Source of the DNA: Polyangiales bacterium
Lineage (GTDB): Bacteria > Myxococcota_A > Polyangia > Polyangiales > JADJQN01
Length of the DNA: 64,000 nt
Direction of reading: 5' to 3'
NCBI GenBank assembly: GCA_964202905.1
Contig: CAXNJO010000002.1
Span: 672,001 to 736,000 of the forward strand
Every line of letters starts with the position of its first letter. Positions within the stretch are counted from its first letter, which is position 1. Below the pieces are notes generated by a model. It saw only the letters and a list, made by a program, of their open reading frames with translations, was not told the DNA's origin and did not search any database. This document shows, piece by piece, positions 62,365-64,000 of this stretch. The position numbers and the translations under genes were made by a program.

Positions 62365-62379
62365 TTGACCTGCGGTCAA
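62365..62379. promoter_or_regulatory. Palindrome TTGACC-TGC-GGTCAA, candidate TetR operator
   Basis: Perfect 6-bp inverted repeat in the divergent SDR/TetR intergenic region. Confidence 0.6.
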
Positions 62380-62421
62380 CGCTATTGAACGCGGGGCCCC
62401 GGGGGCGCTAGGCTGCGCCCC

Positions 62422-63093
62422 ATGACCCAGGCGACCGCACGCACGCGGCTCGGGCTCGACGAGCGCCGCGCGCAGCTCATCGAGCTCGGGCGGACGCTCT
62501 TCAACGCGCGCTCCTACGACGAGATCTCCATCGACGACATCGCGGCCGCCGCGGGCGTGAGCAAGGGGCTCCTCTACCACTACTTCCGCAGCAAGCGGAG
62601 CTTCTACGTGGAGACGGTGCGCGCGGGCGCCGAGCAGATGACGGCCCTCACCGGCGCGGCGGAGTCGTTCCCCCCGGGTGAGCGCCTCGAGCGGGGCCTC
62701 GACGCCTACCTCGATTACGTCGAGGCGAACGCCGCCGCTTACGCGACGCTGTTGCGGAGCGGGATCGGGGCGGACGCGGAGGTCGCCGCGATCGTCGAGC
62801 AGACGCGGCGCGTGCTCATCGAGCGCATCGTGCGCGGGCTCGGCGTCGGCGAGCCGGCGGCGCCGCTGCGCGTCGCGCTGCGCGCGTGGATCGGCTTCGT
62901 CGAGGGCGCGAGCCTCGAGTGGATCGATCACGGCGGCGTGTCGAAGCCCGATCTGCGCGCGCTGCTCGTCGCGGCGCTGCAGGCCGCGGTCGCCTCGGCG
63001 GCCACGCTGCGCGAGGCGCAGCTCCCGCCGCTCCGCCCGCGCAAGCGCGCCGCGGGCGCCGCGCGTCGCGCGTCGACGCGGGGGAGGCGCTGA
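62422..63093 (+). CDS. TetR/AcrR family transcriptional regulator
   Basis: ISIDDIAAAAGVSKGLLYHYFRSK. Confidence 0.93.
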   Translation: MTQATARTRLGLDERRAQLIELGRTLFNARSYDEISIDDIAAAAGVSKGLLYHYFRSKRSFYVETVRAGAEQMTALTGAAESFPPGERLERGLDAYLDYVEANAAAYATLLRSGIGADAEVAAIVEQTRRVLIERIVRGLGVGEPAAPLRVALRAWIGFVEGASLEWIDHGGVSKPDLRALLVAALQAAVASAATLREAQLPPLRPRKRAAGAARRASTRGRR

Positions 63094-63094
63094 G

Positions 63095-64000
63095 ATGGCG
63101 ACGCTCTTCCGTGGGGCGCTCGAGCGCTTCGGCCCGCCACCCGTCGCGCGACGGCGCGCCGAGGCCGCGCGACGGGCACGCGGGTTCACGGGGCTGCCGC
63201 CCGGCCCGACCGAGCCTGCGCTCGTGCAGGTGCTCCGCTGGGTGCGCTGGCCCGTGCCGTTTCTGCGCGACGCGCGCGCGGTCTACGGCGACACGTTCAC
63301 GATCCGCTTCCCGCAGACGCCACCGCTTGTGGTGTTCTCGCACCCGGACGCGATCAAGGAGATCTTCACGGGCGATCCCGAGGTCTTCCACGCGGGCGAG
63401 GCGAACACGATCCTCGAGCCGGTGATGGGGCCGCGCTCGCTGCTCATGCTCGACGGCCAGCCACACCTGCGCGAGCGCCGCCTCTTGTTGCCGCCGTTCC
63501 ACGGCGAGCGGATGCACGCCTACGGGCAGACGATGCGCGACATCACGCTCGCGGCCGCGGCGCAGATCCCCGCGGGCCGCCCGGTGCGCTTCCACGATCT
63601 CACGCAGTCGATCACGCTCGACGTCATCCTGCGGACCGTGTTCGGCGTGACCTCGGGCGCGCCCGAGCGCGCGCTCCGCGAGGCGCTGCGCGTGCTGCTC
63701 GAGGTGGGCTCGAGCCCGATCCTGATGCTGCCGCTCGCGCAGCTCGACCTCGGGCCGCGCTCGCCCTGGGGACGCATGCGGCGCCTGCTCGCGGAGGTCG
63801 ATCGCCTGCTCTACGCGCAGATCCGCGCGCGGCGCGAGGGCCGCGGCGCGTCCGAGCGCGACGACGTGCTCGCGATGCTCATCGACGCGCGGCACGACGA
63901 CGGCACGGCCATGACGGACGCGGAGCTCCGCGACGAGATGGTCACGATGCTGATCGCCGGGCACGAGACGACGGCCACGACGCTCGCGTGGATGTTCCAC
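63095..64000 (+). CDS. Cytochrome P450 (3' end outside window)
   Basis: GGAGG RBS and ATG at 63095; LPPGP, LLMLDG..H.R.RRLL.PPFHG and I-helix LIAGHETT. Confidence 0.93.
   Translation, partial: MATLFRGALERFGPPPVARRRAEAARRARGFTGLPPGPTEPALVQVLRWVRWPVPFLRDARAVYGDTFTIRFPQTPPLVVFSHPDAIKEIFTGDPEVFHAGEANTILEPVMGPRSLLMLDGQPHLRERRLLLPPFHGERMHAYGQTMRDITLAAAAQIPAGRPVRFHDLTQSITLDVILRTVFGVTSGAPERALREALRVLLEVGSSPILMLPLAQLDLGPRSPWGRMRRLLAEVDRLLYAQIRARREGRGASERDDVLAMLIDARHDDGTAMTDAELRDEMVTMLIAGHETTATTLAWMFH

Overview
This is very GC-rich DNA whose gene content (Ser/Thr kinases, Cys-rich lipoproteins, SspB-like protein) suggests a myxobacterium (Myxococcota/Polyangia; inference). Many single-base frameshifts in otherwise intact genes point to an imperfectly polished long-read assembly. 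The main finding is a ~19 kb radical-SAM supercluster (11263-30435) built around a His-Xaa-Ser (Hxs) RiPP-like core. The core is hxsD, a second hxsD-like gene, hxsB and a 96-aa precursor ending in HCS(HGS)10W. The cluster has 8 radical SAM genes and 9 CxxxCxxC domains, including a cobalamin-rSAM/rSAM tandem fusion, an rSAM-methyltransferase fusion and a HemN-like enzyme. It also holds a translationally coupled lipid/aminoacyl-transfer sub-operon and two paralogous Cys-rich lipoproteins that flank the core. At its left edge, nested IS91/ISCR-type remnants and a 1147-bp duplication look like one-ended rolling-circle transposition into yceI. Other notable features are a PYP-like PAS histidine kinase that keeps the chromophore Cys, tmRNA (tag ANDNALALAA) with an adjacent NERD-helicase/CI-like islet, and a GxGD intramembrane protease-like gene. 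The rest includes phosphoketolase, a sugar ABC transporter, argE-argA, SDR, TetR and a P450.
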